This document shows positions 23,838 to 37,811 of a DNA stretch of 64,000 nt, one piece after another. The position numbers were made by a program, and so were the translations under genes. The stretch comes from Mobula hypostoma (Eukaryota), in the NCBI RefSeq assembly GCF_963921235.1, contig NC_086097.1, positions 10,850,001 to 10,914,000 of the forward strand, read 5' to 3'. The stretch's first letter is position 1. Each line of letters begins with the position of its first letter. The notes under the pieces were generated by a model. That model was not told the origin of the DNA and did no database searches. It was given only the letters and a program-made list of their open reading frames with translations.

Positions 23838-24124
23838 CAATGATGTGTGGTCAGGATTAGTAAGCTGTGAGCATGCTATGCTGGTGCCGGAATCGTGACC
23901 ACACTTGTATGCCACCCAGCAAAATCATCACTGATTTGATTTGACACAAACGATGCATTTCATTATATATTTCCATGTACATGTGACATATAAAGCTAAT
24001 CTTCACTAACTAGGAAACCGACTAGTTTTGATTTGTGTTGTGGGAAAGTGTTAACTCAGGGTCTAGTTGTTTGGGGCCTGTAATGACACAGAAGCCTTCC
24101 CAGTAAGAGAGGACTAGAACTCTG

Positions 24125-24578
24125 ATGTTCAATGTTCAAAGTAAATTTTATTATCAAAGTATATACATGTCACAATACAACCCTTAGATTTGTTTCCTTG
24201 TGGGCATATTTAGTAAATCTATCAAATAGAAAATATAACAGAATCAATGAAAGATCAGCCAGAATGCAGAAGACAACACACTGTGCAAATGCAAATATAA
24301 ATAAATAGCAATAAATAATGAGAACATGAGATAATGAGATAAAGAATCGTGAGTGTGAGATCATTGGTTCTGGGAACATCTCAATGGATGATCAAGTGAG
24401 TGTGGTTATCCCCTTTTGTGCAAAAGCCTGATGGTTGAGAGATAGTAACTGTTTCTGAAGCTGGTGATATGAGTCCTGGGGCTCTTGTACGTTCTGCGTG
24501 AGAAGAGAATATGGCCTGGATGTTGGGAACTCTGATGATGGATGCCAATTTCCTATGATAGCATTTCATATAGATGTC
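24125..24578 (-). mobile_element. Rex1/Babar-like 3' fragment
   Basis: Tail 'ttcaaagtaaattttattatcaaagt'; ASII motif. Confidence 0.7.
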
Positions 24579-24744
24579 AATGAGGAACTCAAAGTAATTA
24601 ACAAAAGGTTAATTTTGGAGAAATTAATGTAAGTAAAGGATGTAAATCCCTAGAACCTGACATCCTGCATCCCAAGTTTTTAAATAATTCCAACCAGCCC
24701 ATGCCAAATAAAATGCCCATCTAAGCTAGTCATAGCTTAAATGA

Positions 24745-24905
24745 GCACCACTGTAGCATAGTGCTTAGCACAATTAGGGGACGTATGTGTTCAAAGTTCA
24801 ATCCTGCCATTCTCTGTAAGAAGTCTGTACGTTCTCCCTGTGGAATGCGTGGGTTTTCTCTCAGTGCTCTGGTTTCCTCCCACAGTCCAAAGACATACCA
24901 ATTAG
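24745..24905 (+). mobile_element. V-domain SINE 5' part
   Basis: 'gtacgttctccctgtg...ggtttcctcccacagtccaaagaca'. Confidence 0.7.
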
Positions 24906-24944
24906 ATTTCATGCCTTCTGGGGACGAAAAAAAAAATCTCCTCG

Positions 24945-25036
24945 GCTAGAGAGAGAACCACTGTCTCAGCAGTTAACAACACAGAGAAGCCATTTTATTA
25001 GCCTCAACAATAACATAAGAGAAGAAACCCCTTACA
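24945..25036. mobile_element. LTR terminal fragment, family C
   Basis: Matches 51550-51644; ends CCCCTTACA. Confidence 0.7.
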
Positions 25037-25179
25037 TCTATAATCTCTAAAGACAGTTGTGTGTGAAAATCCTAAGGGGTCAGCAATTTCTCACATACTT
25101 AAACCACCCCATCTGACACCAACAATCATTTAACGATAAAAATAAAACTTAAAACACATTTCTAGATACAAGGGGGATG

Positions 25180-25635
25180 TCAGGCTTTCACACAGAGAAT
25201 GGTGGATGCATGGAATGAACATGCATAAATAGAGTAGCCACTGAGTGTATATTGCCCCTACTTCCACTTATAGAAGAGTCCAGGATCCAAAGGCACAGCA
25301 TAGTCTTCTGCTTAGATGGGCATTTTATTTGGCATGGGCTGGTTGGAACAGCATCAGAATGAACAGACATCCCCTTAACACTTCAAACAGGAGGATGCTT
25401 TTCAGCTGGATGGTGAAGGAACTGTGAAATTCATTGGTACAGAGGGCTATGGAGGCCAGTTCATTGGATGTACTTAAAGCAAAGATTGCTAGGTTCTTGA
25501 TTGGTAAGGGAGTTATGGGATACAGGGAGAAAGCATGAGAATGGGGTTGAGAAATTTTTCAACTATGATTGAAAGGCAGAGCAGACTTGATGGGCTGAAT
25601 GGCCTTTTTCTGCTCCAACGGTCTAATGGTCTTTA
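25180..25635 (+). mobile_element. CR1 3' fragments
   Basis: Homologous to 16920-17235. Confidence 0.7.
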
Positions 25636-25934
25636 ATTTATCAGTCTAACCTATTTTATAGGACTTTACAAAAGGCCTTCTAAAATTGCAAATATAGCAC
25701 ATCCACAATGTTTCTTTTATGTATGCTACCACTTTCAGTTCTAAAACTCTAGTCGGCTTGTTCAACAAGATCGCTCTTTGTGAAATCCAGTTGATATTTC
25801 ATGAATGTCTGGTATAATATCTTTATAATATCCTTAAACATTGTCCCGACTGTTGATGATCAGCTAAATAGCCAACAGCTTGCTGTTTTATCCACTTCTC
25901 CTTAATTTTAATAATGAGGTTATTTAATTTTTTC

Positions 25935-26250
25935 AAATTATTTAGAAATACAGTGCAGAACAGGTGCTTTTGGCGCAACAAGTCACACCACCCAGCAACT
26001 CACCTATTTAATGCTAGCCTAATCACAGGACAATTTACAATGACCCATTAACCTGGTACGTCTTTGAACTGTGGGAGAAAACTCACGCACACATGGGAAG
26101 AACGTATAAACTTTCTTACAGAGGACTCCAGAAATTGGGAACCAATTTCCTTCAGGATCAATAAAGTATGACTATGACAATGACTATGGAACTGAACTGC
26201 GAGCTCTGATGCTCTAAGCAGTGGTGACATCTTGCTAATCACTATGCTAC
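25935..26250 (-). mobile_element. V-domain (HE1-like) SINE
   Basis: Homologous to 21650-21922. Confidence 0.65.
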
Positions 26251-26579
26251 CTACTTATAGTTGCTACACTTCAGTCTGCAGGAACTGCTCCATAATCTAG
26301 AGAAATAACAGGGAATAGACAGTCACTAATTAATTGACTGTCTCATTTTTTTCTGCGGGATGCAGATTATTATGTCCAAGGGATTTATTGGTTTTAGAAC
26401 CACTAATCACTTATGACTTATTTTTAATAACACTACTTCCCCATAATTCCTCCTTTCCATCAGTTTTTCAGTTTTACAGCATATCTAGGAAGTTGCTTAT
26501 ACCCTCTTCTGTGAAGACAGAACTGAAGTATAATGTCTGTCATTTCTTTGTGGGCCAATATCTGACTGTAAGGGAAACA

Positions 26580-26772
26580 CAAGCGATTGCAGCAACTGGG
26601 ATCTGGGGCAACGCAAAAGAAGCTGGAGGAACTCAGCAGGTCAGGCAGCATCTATGGAGCGAAATGGACAGATGACATTTTAGAACAAGATCCTTTATCA
26701 GAACCAGATGAAGGGTTTCGACCCAAACCTCAGCTCTCTATTTAACTCCAGAGATGATGCATTGAGTTCCTA
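26580..26772. mobile_element. Head-to-head inverted pair of Penelope termini
   Basis: A minus copy ending '...gatcctttatcag' abuts a plus copy 'cagatgaagggtttcgaccc'. Confidence 0.65.
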
Positions 26773-26879
26773 ACTGCAAGGAAGCTACATTTTTCTTCAT
26801 TAAATCTTTTCCCCCCATTTTAAGTGTTTGTAGAAACAATTCCAGTCTACATTTATACTTCTACCAGCTTACTCTAGTT

Positions 26880-27265
26880 CTCTGCATAGAATTGGAAAAA
26901 GGTGCAGAAAGTTTTACATTCAGTCAGCTCCATCATGGGCACTAGCATCCCCAGCATTGAGGACATCTTCAAAAAGCCATACCTCAAAAAGTCAGCATCA
27001 TTAAGGACCTATATCACCCAGGACATGCCCTCTTATGACCGTCAGAGAAGAGGTACAGGAATCACTTTTTCCCCATTGCAATCAGATTTCTGAACAGACA
27101 TAAACACCTCCATTATTTTTACTCTCTTTTTGCACTACATTTAATTTTTTAATGTATCTCTTATTGTAATTTAGTTTTTTAAATGTATTGCATTGTACTG
27201 CTACCGTAAAACAACAAATTTCAAAACATGTGTCAGTGATAATAAGTTAGATTTTGATTCTGATT
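26880..27265 (+). mobile_element. Rex1/Babar-like 3' fragment
   Basis: SSIMGTSIPSIEDIFKK; (gattct) tail. Confidence 0.7.
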
Positions 27266-27471
27266 TTTTCTTATCCAAACTCCTGTTTTCTTTTGTTTTT
27301 GCTGAATTCTAAACTTTTTCTAATCCTTGGGCCTGCAACATAATCTGTCAACGTTATCTCTCTACCATTTATTTAATACAATCCTTACCTTCTTTCGTAA
27401 GCCTTGGTTCCACCATTTTCCCCTGCAATGTTGTTGCTTCAGAAAGGAATGTTTATTATGTAATTCCTGCA

Positions 27472-28280
27472 TTTAGACAGATTAGGATAATGAGCCAAAG
27501 AAGTAGTAGATGGAATGCATTGTCAGGAAGTGTGTGTTCAGTACGGTAGACTATTTTCTAAATGGAGAGAAAATTCAAAATTCTGAGGTGCAAGGTGACC
27601 TGGGAGTCCTTATTCAGAATTCCCTAAAGGTTAATTTGCAAGTTGAGTTTGTGGTAAAGAAAGCAAATGTGATGTTAGTGCTCATTTCAAGAGGACTAGA
27701 ATATAAAAGCAAAGATGCAATGTTGAGACTTTGTAAGGTACCGGTGAGGTCTTGCTTGGAGTATTGTGAGCAATTTTGTGCCCCTTATCTAAGAAAGCAT
27801 GTGCTGACGTTGGAGAGGGTTCAAATGAGGTTCATAAAAATGACTCTGAGATTGAAAGGCTTGTCATATGAAGAGTGTTTGATGGTTAAATGAGAGCTGA
27901 CCGCATTGAAACTTATCAAATGCTGAAAGGCCTGATGTAGAGAGGATGTTTCCTATGGTGGGGAAATCTAATACCAAAGGACACAGCCTCAAAATAGAGG
28001 GGCCTCCTTTTAGAATGAAGAAGAGGATGAATTTCTTCAGCAGGAGACTAGTGAATCTGTTGAACTTGTTGTCACAGATAGCTGTAGAGACCAAGTCATT
28101 GGGTATACTTAAAGCAGTGGGTCATAGATTTTTTTGTTGTCAGGGTAATGAAGGGACTTTGGGAGAAGGCAGGAGATTGGGACTGAGAGAAAAATTGGAT
28201 CAGCCACGATGGAATAGTGGACTAGACTCAATGGGCCAATTGGCCTAATTTTTCTCCTATACTTTATGGTCTTATGGCTT
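27472..28280 (+). mobile_element. CR1 LINE 3' fragment
   Basis: DLGVLIQ...ISRGLEYKSKD...LEYCEQF.APYLRK...FFSRRLVNL. Confidence 0.9.
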
Positions 28281-28361
28281 TATCCCTTAAATGTTAACCA
28301 ATATCTACCCACTATCGTGTCTGCTAATGATGTTTCCAATCAATCTTTGGTAAATCACTGT

Positions 28362-28608
28362 GCCTCTTAGCCCATCTCACTGCTACAGGTATGTCTGCCA
28401 ATGATAGCAGTTCAGCAGAGCCTCCTGTCCTGCGCCAGTCTTTCAAGTTGTCCCCACATGTAGCCTATCTTCAAAGATCTCTCCTCTCCCAGGGATGATG
28501 CTTTTGGAGTTCCTGTAGCATAAGGACTTTATGGGATGGGCTTGCTAGCCCCATGTCCAACCCTCCTCCTTTCACAGCCGGGCTTGGACCCATCCATTCT
28601 GGAGTTTA
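28362..28608 (-). mobile_element. RTE-derived short non-autonomous element
   Basis: Minus-strand 5' motif 'tccaagcccggctgtgaaaggaggagggttgg...ggggctagcaagcccatccc'; related copy at 38880-39168. Confidence 0.55.
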
Positions 28609-28849
28609 AATTACTGAACTTGCTTTCATAATTAAACTGAGAAGAAAAGTCTTGGATCAAAATGGTGGCAAAATGGTTCTTAATGAAGGTTGCAAGCATG
28701 GAAAAAGACCAAGGTAACATGTCTGAACGACTGGCGTGCTATCGTGCTCACCTCAATAGGTCAATGACTACATTTGCAGTATGCCACCATCCACACTGGA
28801 CCTCTACAATTCACCAACTGACATAACCGATCAACAGATTACAGAATAG

Positions 28850-30003
28850 CCACAGCTCTACACTCGTCCTTACACATCTAGAGAAGAAGGATGCTTATGT
28901 GAGAATGCTGTTCTGGGACTACAGTTCAGCATTCAACACCATAATTCCCTCCAGGCTTGACAAGAAGCACAGAGACCTTGGCCTTCACCTTGCCTTGTGC
29001 GGCTGGATCCTGGACTTCCTGTCAGATCGCCACCAGGTGGTAAGAGTGGGCTCCCTCACCTCTGCCCCTCTGACCCTCAACACAGGAGCTCCTCAGGGCT
29101 GTGTCCTAAGCCCCCTCCTTTACTCTTTGTATACCCTTGACTGTATTGCCACCCGCAGCTCCAATCTGCTAATTAAATTTGCTGACGGTACTACATTAAT
29201 TGGCCTTGTCTTAAATAATAATGAGGCAGCCTGCAGAGAAGAATTCATTACACTGACACAGTGGTGTCAAGAAAACAACCTCTCCTTCAATGTCGCAAAA
29301 ACAAAGGAGCTGGTTGCGGACTACAGGAGGAATGGAAACAGGCTAACCCCTATTGACATCAATGGATCTGGGGTTGAGAGAGAGTGAACAGCTTTAAGTT
29401 CCTCAGCATACACATTACCAAGGATCTCACGTGGTCTGTACATACATGCTGTGTGATGAAAAAAAGCACAACATTGCCTCTATCACCTCAGACAGTTGAA
29501 GAAGTTTGGTATGGGTCCCCAAATCCTAAGGACTTTCCACAGGAGCACAATTGAGAGCATCCTGACTGGCTGCATCACTGCCTGGTATAGGAACTGTACT
29601 TCCCTCAGTCGCAGGGCTCTGCAGAGAGTGGTGTGGACAGCCCAGCGCATCTGTAGATGTGAACTTCCCACTATTCAGGACACTTGCATAGACAAATATG
29701 TAAAAAGGCCCCGAAGGATCATTGGAGACTGGAGTCACCCCAACCACAAACTGTTCTGGGAAAAGCATAAAAGCCAGGACCAACAGGCTCCGGGACAGCT
29801 TCTTCCACCAGGCCAACAGACTGATTAATTCACGCTGATACAATTATATTTCTATGTTATACGGACTCTCCTGTTGTACATAATATTTTTTATAAATTAC
29901 TATAAATTGCAGATTGCACATTGAGACGGGGACATAACGTAAAGATTTTTACTCCTCATGTATGTGAAGGATGTAATTAATAAAGTTAATTCATTTCAAT
30001 TCG
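28850..30003 (+). mobile_element. Rex1/Babar LINE, 5'-truncated (RT remnant)
   Basis: [66 protein letters not shown]. Confidence 0.9.
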
Positions 30004-30104
30004 TTAGTCTTCCTTAACAAGATTAACAAGATTATTAACTAACCCATTGTCATTGCACAAAATCAGATCTAGGATAGCTGGTTCTGTGTTTCTTTCCTCA
30101 ATGC

Positions 30105-31000
30105 ACAGAGGATGTTTCCCATAGTGGGAGAGTCTAGGAACAGAGGGCACAGCCTCAGAATAGAGGGATGTCCATTTAGAGCAGACATGAAGAGAGGTTT
30201 CTTTAGCCAGAGTGTAGTGAAACTGTGGAATTCATTGCCGTAGACAGTTGTGAAGGTCAAGTTATTGGGTATATTTACAGCAAAGATTAACAGGTTCTGG
30301 ATTAGTCAGGGTGTCAAATGTTATGGGGCGAAGGGGACACGAGGGAAAAAATTCTTCAGTCAGAGTGCTGTGAGAGTGTGGAACAAGTGGTGTATGTAAG
30401 CTTGGTTTCAACATTTCAGAGAAATTTGGATATGTATATGGATGGTAGGGGTATGGAGGGCTCTGGTCTGCGTGCAGGTCGATGGGAGTAGGCAGTTTAA
30501 ATGGTTTGACATGGACTAGATAAGCTGAATGGCCTATTTCTGTGCTGTACTTTTCAATGACTCTAAGATAGGACAATGGGTTGAGAGGGATAATAAGTCA
30601 ACCATGATTGAATTGCCAAGCAGATTCGATGGGCTAAAAGGCCTAATTCGGCTCCCTTATCTTATGGGCTTGTATAGCAGTCTGAAACAGCATCTTTTGT
30701 ACATTTCAGGAACTCGTACTCCACATTGCTAATTTCTTTTGGCCTGCCTATGACACCATGAGGAGCATAGGTCAGGTGAATGGCCACTGTCTTTTTCCCA
30801 TGATAGTGGAGTCCGAAACTGCTGAACACCAGCTTACGGTGGGGGGAGAATTTACAAGAGATCTGAGGAACAATTTTTTTCACACAAAGGGTAGTGGGCT
30901 TATGGAACAAGCTGCTAGAGGAAATGGTAACGCTGGGTACAATTTGAATGTTTAAAAGATGTGCACAGGTACATGGATAAGAAAGCTTTGGAAGAATAAT
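30105..31000 (+). mobile_element. Cluster of nested CR1 3' fragments
   Basis: Three CR1 tails: 30105-30670 with an insert at 30335-30565, and 30755-31000. Confidence 0.75.
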
Positions 31001-31466
31001 TTCTATTCCTCTCTTATGAGACCATTGAATGTATTCCTAGTGCGATACTCCTTACAATCTGCATTGTTATGATCTTGTACTTTACTGTCTATCTACAATG
31101 CACTTTCTCCAGATTGTAACATTTTATTCTGCATTGTTATTGTCTTACCTTGTTCTACCTCAATGCATTGAAAAATGAATTGATCTGTATGAACAGTATG
31201 CAAGACAAGCTTTTTACTGTACCTACATTGAAGTCAGAAGTTTACATACACCTTAGTCAAATACATTTAAACTCAGTTTTTCACAATTCCTGACATTTAA
31301 TCCTAGAAAACATTCCCTGTGTTAGGTCAGTTAGGATCACTACTTTATTTTAAGAATGTGAAATGTCAGAATAATAGTAGAGAGAATGATTTATTTCAGC
31401 TTTTATTTCTTTCATCACTTTCCCAGTGGGTCAGAAGTTTACATACACTTTGTTAGTATTTGGTAG

Positions 31467-32168
31467 TGTCACGTACCCCTTGATGGGTTAAAGAACAGCA
31501 GAAATGGAAAACACTTTGGAGTCCAGTATTACTATTAACTAGTGGTATTTATTAGTAACTACGCAATACAGTAATATAAGTGCAGATTAATCAAACAGGT
31601 TAGCTATGATTATATATAAGTAAGTGTGGAAATATATGAAAACCAAGCTTCTTCAAGTCTAGGGGTAACTAAATAGTCTTACGATGATGAGTAAAGTTCA
31701 GTTCAGTTCGTGGTATTGAGTTGAGTAGTGATGGAGAGAGAGAGAGGGAGAGATTTGAGTCTTCAGGTGAGCTGTTGCAGTCGATCTTCCCGTTGTCCCC
31801 CGAAATCCTTTAAATGTCACTGACTGTGACCACAACAAAAGGGGACCATTCTTCTGTGGTGGAGCTATCAACTCAGGCGAGGGATGGCCACACAAATAAC
31901 TCCCCACCGGTCACGCCCTGTTCACACTGCAAGAGCCACTGATCGATCCGCCTGATCAATCCTCCAAAACCCACTTTTTCTGTGGGCACAACAAAGCTCA
32001 TTCAGTGTCCAAAATCATGTGTCTCAGGTCTATCATTTGACCTTCTATTTATCTCCCCATACTGAGTACCAACTGTCTCTCAAATAACTCCTCCCTTCTC
32101 TGTCTATGTAAGAATGTACAAGCAGGTGATGTTCTTGGGAAAGTATAAACAAACTGTGAGCAGTCCTC

Positions 32169-32221
<53 letters not shown>

Positions 32222-32301
32222 AGAAGATGTCGGTGCTAAATAACTCTCTCTCTCTCTTTTCAGAAGCACAGTTCATAGGGATAATTCAGGACCCCGTCAC
32301 A
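31467..32301. mobile_element. Solo LTR inserted in the Tc1 arm
   Basis: TGTCACG...CGTCACA; TSD GTAG/GTGG; empty site 'ggtagcattg' preserved in the other arm; internal (CT)n at 32170-32215. Confidence 0.85.
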
Positions 32302-32324
32302 GTGGCATTGCCTTTAAATTGTTT

Positions 32325-33259
<935 letters not shown>

Positions 33260-35105
33260 ACATCATTTTCTGACCTCAATCCAATAGAAAATTTGAGGGC
33301 AGAACTGAAAACGCGGGTGCGAGCAAGGAGGCCTACAAACCTGACTCAGTTACACCAGTTCTTTCTGGAAAAACGAAACAAAATTCCAGCAACTTACTGT
33401 GAGAAGCTTGTGGAAGGCTACCTAAGTTAAACAATTTAAAGGCAATGCTACCAAATACTAACAAAGTGTATGTAAACTTCTGACCCACTGGGAAAGTGAT
33501 GAAAGAAATAAAAGCTGAAATAAATCATTCTCTCCACTATTATTCTGACATCTCACATTCTTAAAATAAAGTAGTGATCCTAACTGAGCTAAGAAAAGGA
33601 ATGCTTTCTAGGATTAAATGTCAGGAATTGTGGAAAAACTGAGTTTAAATGTATTTGGCTAAGGTGTATGTAAACTTCTGACTTGAACTTTAGGTATAAA
33701 TGACAATTTATGTATCAATTTATATATACCAATGATGTACCAATTTATCAGTTTACTGATTTGCCAGACCTGTTTCTCTCGCTCTGCAGATGTAGAAACA
33801 GAAAAAAGAATGTTTGCCATTTGAAGACCATAAGATATGAAAGCAGAAGTAGGCCATTTGGCCCATTGCGTCTGCTCTGCCATTCAATCATGGGTTGATC
33901 CAATTCTTCCAGTCATCCCCACTCTCCTGCCTTAACCCCATACCCTTTGAGGCCCTGGCTAATCAAGAATTTATCTATCTTTGCCTTAAATACACCCAAT
34001 GACTTGGCTTCCACAGCCGCATGTAGCAACAAATTCCACAGATTTACCACCCTCTGACTAAAGTAATTTCTCCACACCTCAGTTCTAAATGGACGTCCTT
34101 CAATCTTGAAGTCATGCCCTCTTGTCCAAGAATCCCCTACCATGGGAAATAACTTTGCCATATCTAATCTGTTCAGGCCTTTTAACATTCAGAATCTTTC
34201 TATTACATCCCCCCTCATTCTCCTGAACTCCAGGGAATACAGACCAAGAGCTGCCAGATGTTGCTCATACGGTAACCCTTTCATTCCTGGAATCATTCTT
34301 GTGAATCTTCTCTGAACCCTCTCCAATGTCATTATATCCTTTTTAAAATAAGGATCCCAAAACTGCACACAATGCTCCAAGTGTGCTCTCATGAGTGCCT
34401 TATAGAGCCTCAACATCACATCCCTGCTGTTATGTTCTTCACGTCTAGAAATGAATGCCAACATTACGTTCGCCTTCTTCACAACCGACTCAACCTGGCA
34501 GTTAACCTTTAGGGTATCTTGCACAAGGACTCCCAAGTCCCTTTGCATCTCTGCATTTTGAATTCTCTCCCCATCTAAATTATGGTCTACCCATTTATTT
34601 CTTCCACCAAAGTGTATGACCATACACTTTCCAATACTGTATTTCATTTACCACTTCTTTGCCCATTCCCCTAAACTATCTAAGTCTCTCTGCAGGCTCT
34701 CTGTTTCCTCAACACTACCTGCTCCTTCACTTATCTTTGTATCATTGGCAAATTTAGCCACAAGTTCATTAATTTTCATTAGTTCATTAATGCCGTAGTC
34801 CAATCATTGACATACATCGTAAAAATCTGCTATCCCAACACCCTTTACTCCCACTCTCTGTTTTCTGCCGACCAGCCAATGGTCCACATGTGCTAGTAAC
34901 TTCCTGTAAATCCACGGGTTCTGATCTTGCTGAGGAGCCTCATGTGCAGCACCTTGTCAAAGGTCTTCTGACAATCCAAGTACTGTACACCACGTCTACT
35001 GCATCTCCTTTGTCTACCCTGCTTGTAACTTCCTCAAAGCATTGCTGTAGGTTTGTCAGGCAGGATTTTCCTTTCAGGCCTATCATGTCATGTGCCTCCA
35101 GATAC

Positions 35106-35543
35106 TGTTGCAATGGAATGTGGCGAATGAGGTGAACCCAAGTGCAGGACACAGGCACGGAGATTGAGTTAGGATGCTTACACGGGTGTAAACGCCGAAC
35201 AGCAAACAGGAGGGATCTTGAAACAAAGCCCTGATATGAATCCTTGACACGGAGCCTTGACTCAGAGAGACGGAGTCTCATAAGTAAACCTTGAAACTGG
35301 AGCTAAACTTGGAACAGACGGTTCTAAGTGGTCGGGAAACGTTAGTTATCACACAGGAAAAAGACCAGCGATCTGGCAACTAGGGTTTGTAACGCCGGGG
35401 TTCTTATACTGCAGGTCCTGATGGAAACCAGGTGTGTCGTCATCAAAGAAAATTAGAAGCAATTGGGAAATTAACGGTTGGAACTGTGGCATAATCAAAG
35501 GAAATTAGAGGAAACTAGGGAATAAACAATCAGGACCATGACA
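35106..35543. mobile_element. Solo LTR, family B, inside CR1
   Basis: TGTTG...GGACCATGACA; 5-bp TSD GATAC/AATAC. Confidence 0.8.
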
Positions 35544-35594
35544 AATACTCTGTAATCTCATTCCTAACAATCGATTCCTACAACCTCTCAACCA

Positions 35595-35634
35595 CTGATA
35601 TCAGACTAACAGGTCTGATATCAGACTAACAGGT
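35595..35634. repeat. Perfect 20-bp tandem duplication within CR1
   Basis: ctgatatcagactaacaggt, two copies. Confidence 0.9.
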
Positions 35635-37399
35635 CTATAGTTTCCTTTCTGCTACCTCCCACCTTTCTTAAATAGCGGAGTAAAATTTGCAATTTTCCAG
35701 TCATCTGGTACAATGCCAGAATCTATCGATTCTTGAAAAGTCATCATTAATGCCTTTGCAATCTCTTCAGCTACTTCCTTCAGAACCCGAGGGTGCATTT
35801 CATCAGGTTCAGGAGATTTATCCACCCTCAGACCATTTAGCTTCCTGACCACCTTCTCAGTCGTAATTTTCACTGCACAAACTTCACTTCCCTGACACTC
35901 TTGAATGTCTGATATACTGCAGACGTCTTCCACTGTGAAGACTGATGCAAAATACTCATTCAGTTCCTCTGCCTTCTCTGCATCTCTCATTACAATATCT
36001 CCAGCGTTATTTTGTATTGGTCCTATATCTACCCTCAACTCTCTTTTACCCTTCATATACTTAAAAAAGCTTTTAGTAACTTCTTTGATATTAGTCACCA
36101 GTTTCCTTTCATAATTCATCTTTTCCTTCCTAATGACCTTCTTAGTTTCCTTCTGCAAATTTTTAAAAGCTTCCCAATCCTCTGTCTTCCCACTAGCTCT
36201 GGCTCCTCGTATGCCCTCTCCTTTGCTTTTACTTTGGTTCTGACTTTAGTTGTCATGGTAATCTCCTTCTTCCTTTTGAAAATTTCTTCTTATTTGGAAT
36301 ATATCTGTCTTGCACTTGCCTCATTTTTCACAGTAACTCCAGCCATTGCTGCTCTGCTGTCCTTCCTGCAAATGTCCCTTTCCAATCAACTTCGGCCAGT
36401 TCCCCTCTCATGCCATTGTAATTTCCTTTATTCCACTGAAATACTGACACATTAGATTTTATTTTTTTCCCTCTCAAATTTCAATGTGAACTCGATCATA
36501 TTGTGATCATTGTTCTCTAAAGGTTCCTTAACCTTAAGCTCTCTTATCAGCTCCAGATCATTGTACAACACCCAATTCAGCACAGCCGATCCCCTCGTGG
36601 GCTCAACAACAAGCTGTTCTAAAAAGCCATCCCTTAGACATTCTACAAATTGTCTCTCTTGAGATCCAGTACTGACCTGGTTTTCCCAATCCACTTTCAT
36701 GTTAAAATCCCCAATGATTATCATGACATTATCCTTCTGACACACCTTTTCTATCTCCTGCTGTAATTTGTAATCCACATCCCAGCTGCTGTTTGGAGGC
36801 CTGTATACAACTACCATTAGGGTCCTTTTACCCTTGCCATCTCTTAACTCAACCCATAGAGATCCTACACCTTCCGATCCTATAATATCCCTTTCTAATG
36901 ATTTAATATTATTTCTCATACACAGGGCTACACCATTCCCTCTGCCCACTAACCTATCTTTTCTATACAGTGTATATCCTTGGTCATTCAACTCCCAATG
37001 GCAGCAATCCTTTAGCCAAGTTTCATAGATGGCCACAACGTCATACTTGCCAACCTGTAGCTGAATTTCAAGATCGTCCATTTTATTCCTTATGCTGCGT
37101 GCATTCAAATACAACACTCTCAGTCCAGTATTTGTTATTTCCTGTTTTAAATGCACCATGCCTCTATTGCCCTGTAACTCATCTCACTGGCTGTGATTAA
37201 GCCTCATTTCCTGCCTTTTCTCTCTATAATCTCTGTTGCACGCTATCTTTGACTTATCTCTGTTTTCCCCTTCCTCAGCCCTATCACTCCAGTTCCCATC
37301 CCCCTGCTAAGTTAGTTTAAACCCTCCCTAACAGCTCTATTAAATGTGCCCGCTTGGATATTGGACCCCTTCGGGTTCAGGTGTAACCTGTTCTTTTAG

Positions 37400-37811
37400 T
37401 ACAGGTGGTACCTCCCCCAGAAGAGGCTCCAGTGATCCAGGAATCTGAATCCCTGCCCCCTGCACCAGTCTCTCAGCCACATCATGCTATTCTTGCACTC
37501 GCTAGCACGTGGCACAGGTAGCAATCCTGAGATTACTACCACGGAGGTCCTGCCTTTCAGCTTCCTACCTAACTCCCTGAATTCTCTCTTCAGGACCTCC
37601 TCCTTTTTTCTACTATGTCATTCGTACCAATGTGTACCAAGACTGCTGGCTGTTCACCCTCTCCCTTCAGAATACTCTGCACCTGATCCAAGGTATCCCA
37701 AACCCTGGCACCTGGGAGGCAATGCACCATGCGGGTATCTCTATCAGGCTGACTGAACCTCCTGTCTGTTCCCCTCACTATGGAATCCCCTATGACTACC
37801 GCATTCCTCAT
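37400..37811 (-). pseudogene. CR1 ORF1 SGNH/GDSL esterase domain remnant
   Basis: AVVIGDSIVRG...CLPGARV...VLVHIGTND. Confidence 0.85.

Larger units (their letters stand above)
22695..24005 (+). mobile_element. V-domain SINE interrupted by two insertions
   Basis: Head at 22695-22729, V-domain at 23212-23304, tail at 23838-24005. Confidence 0.65.
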
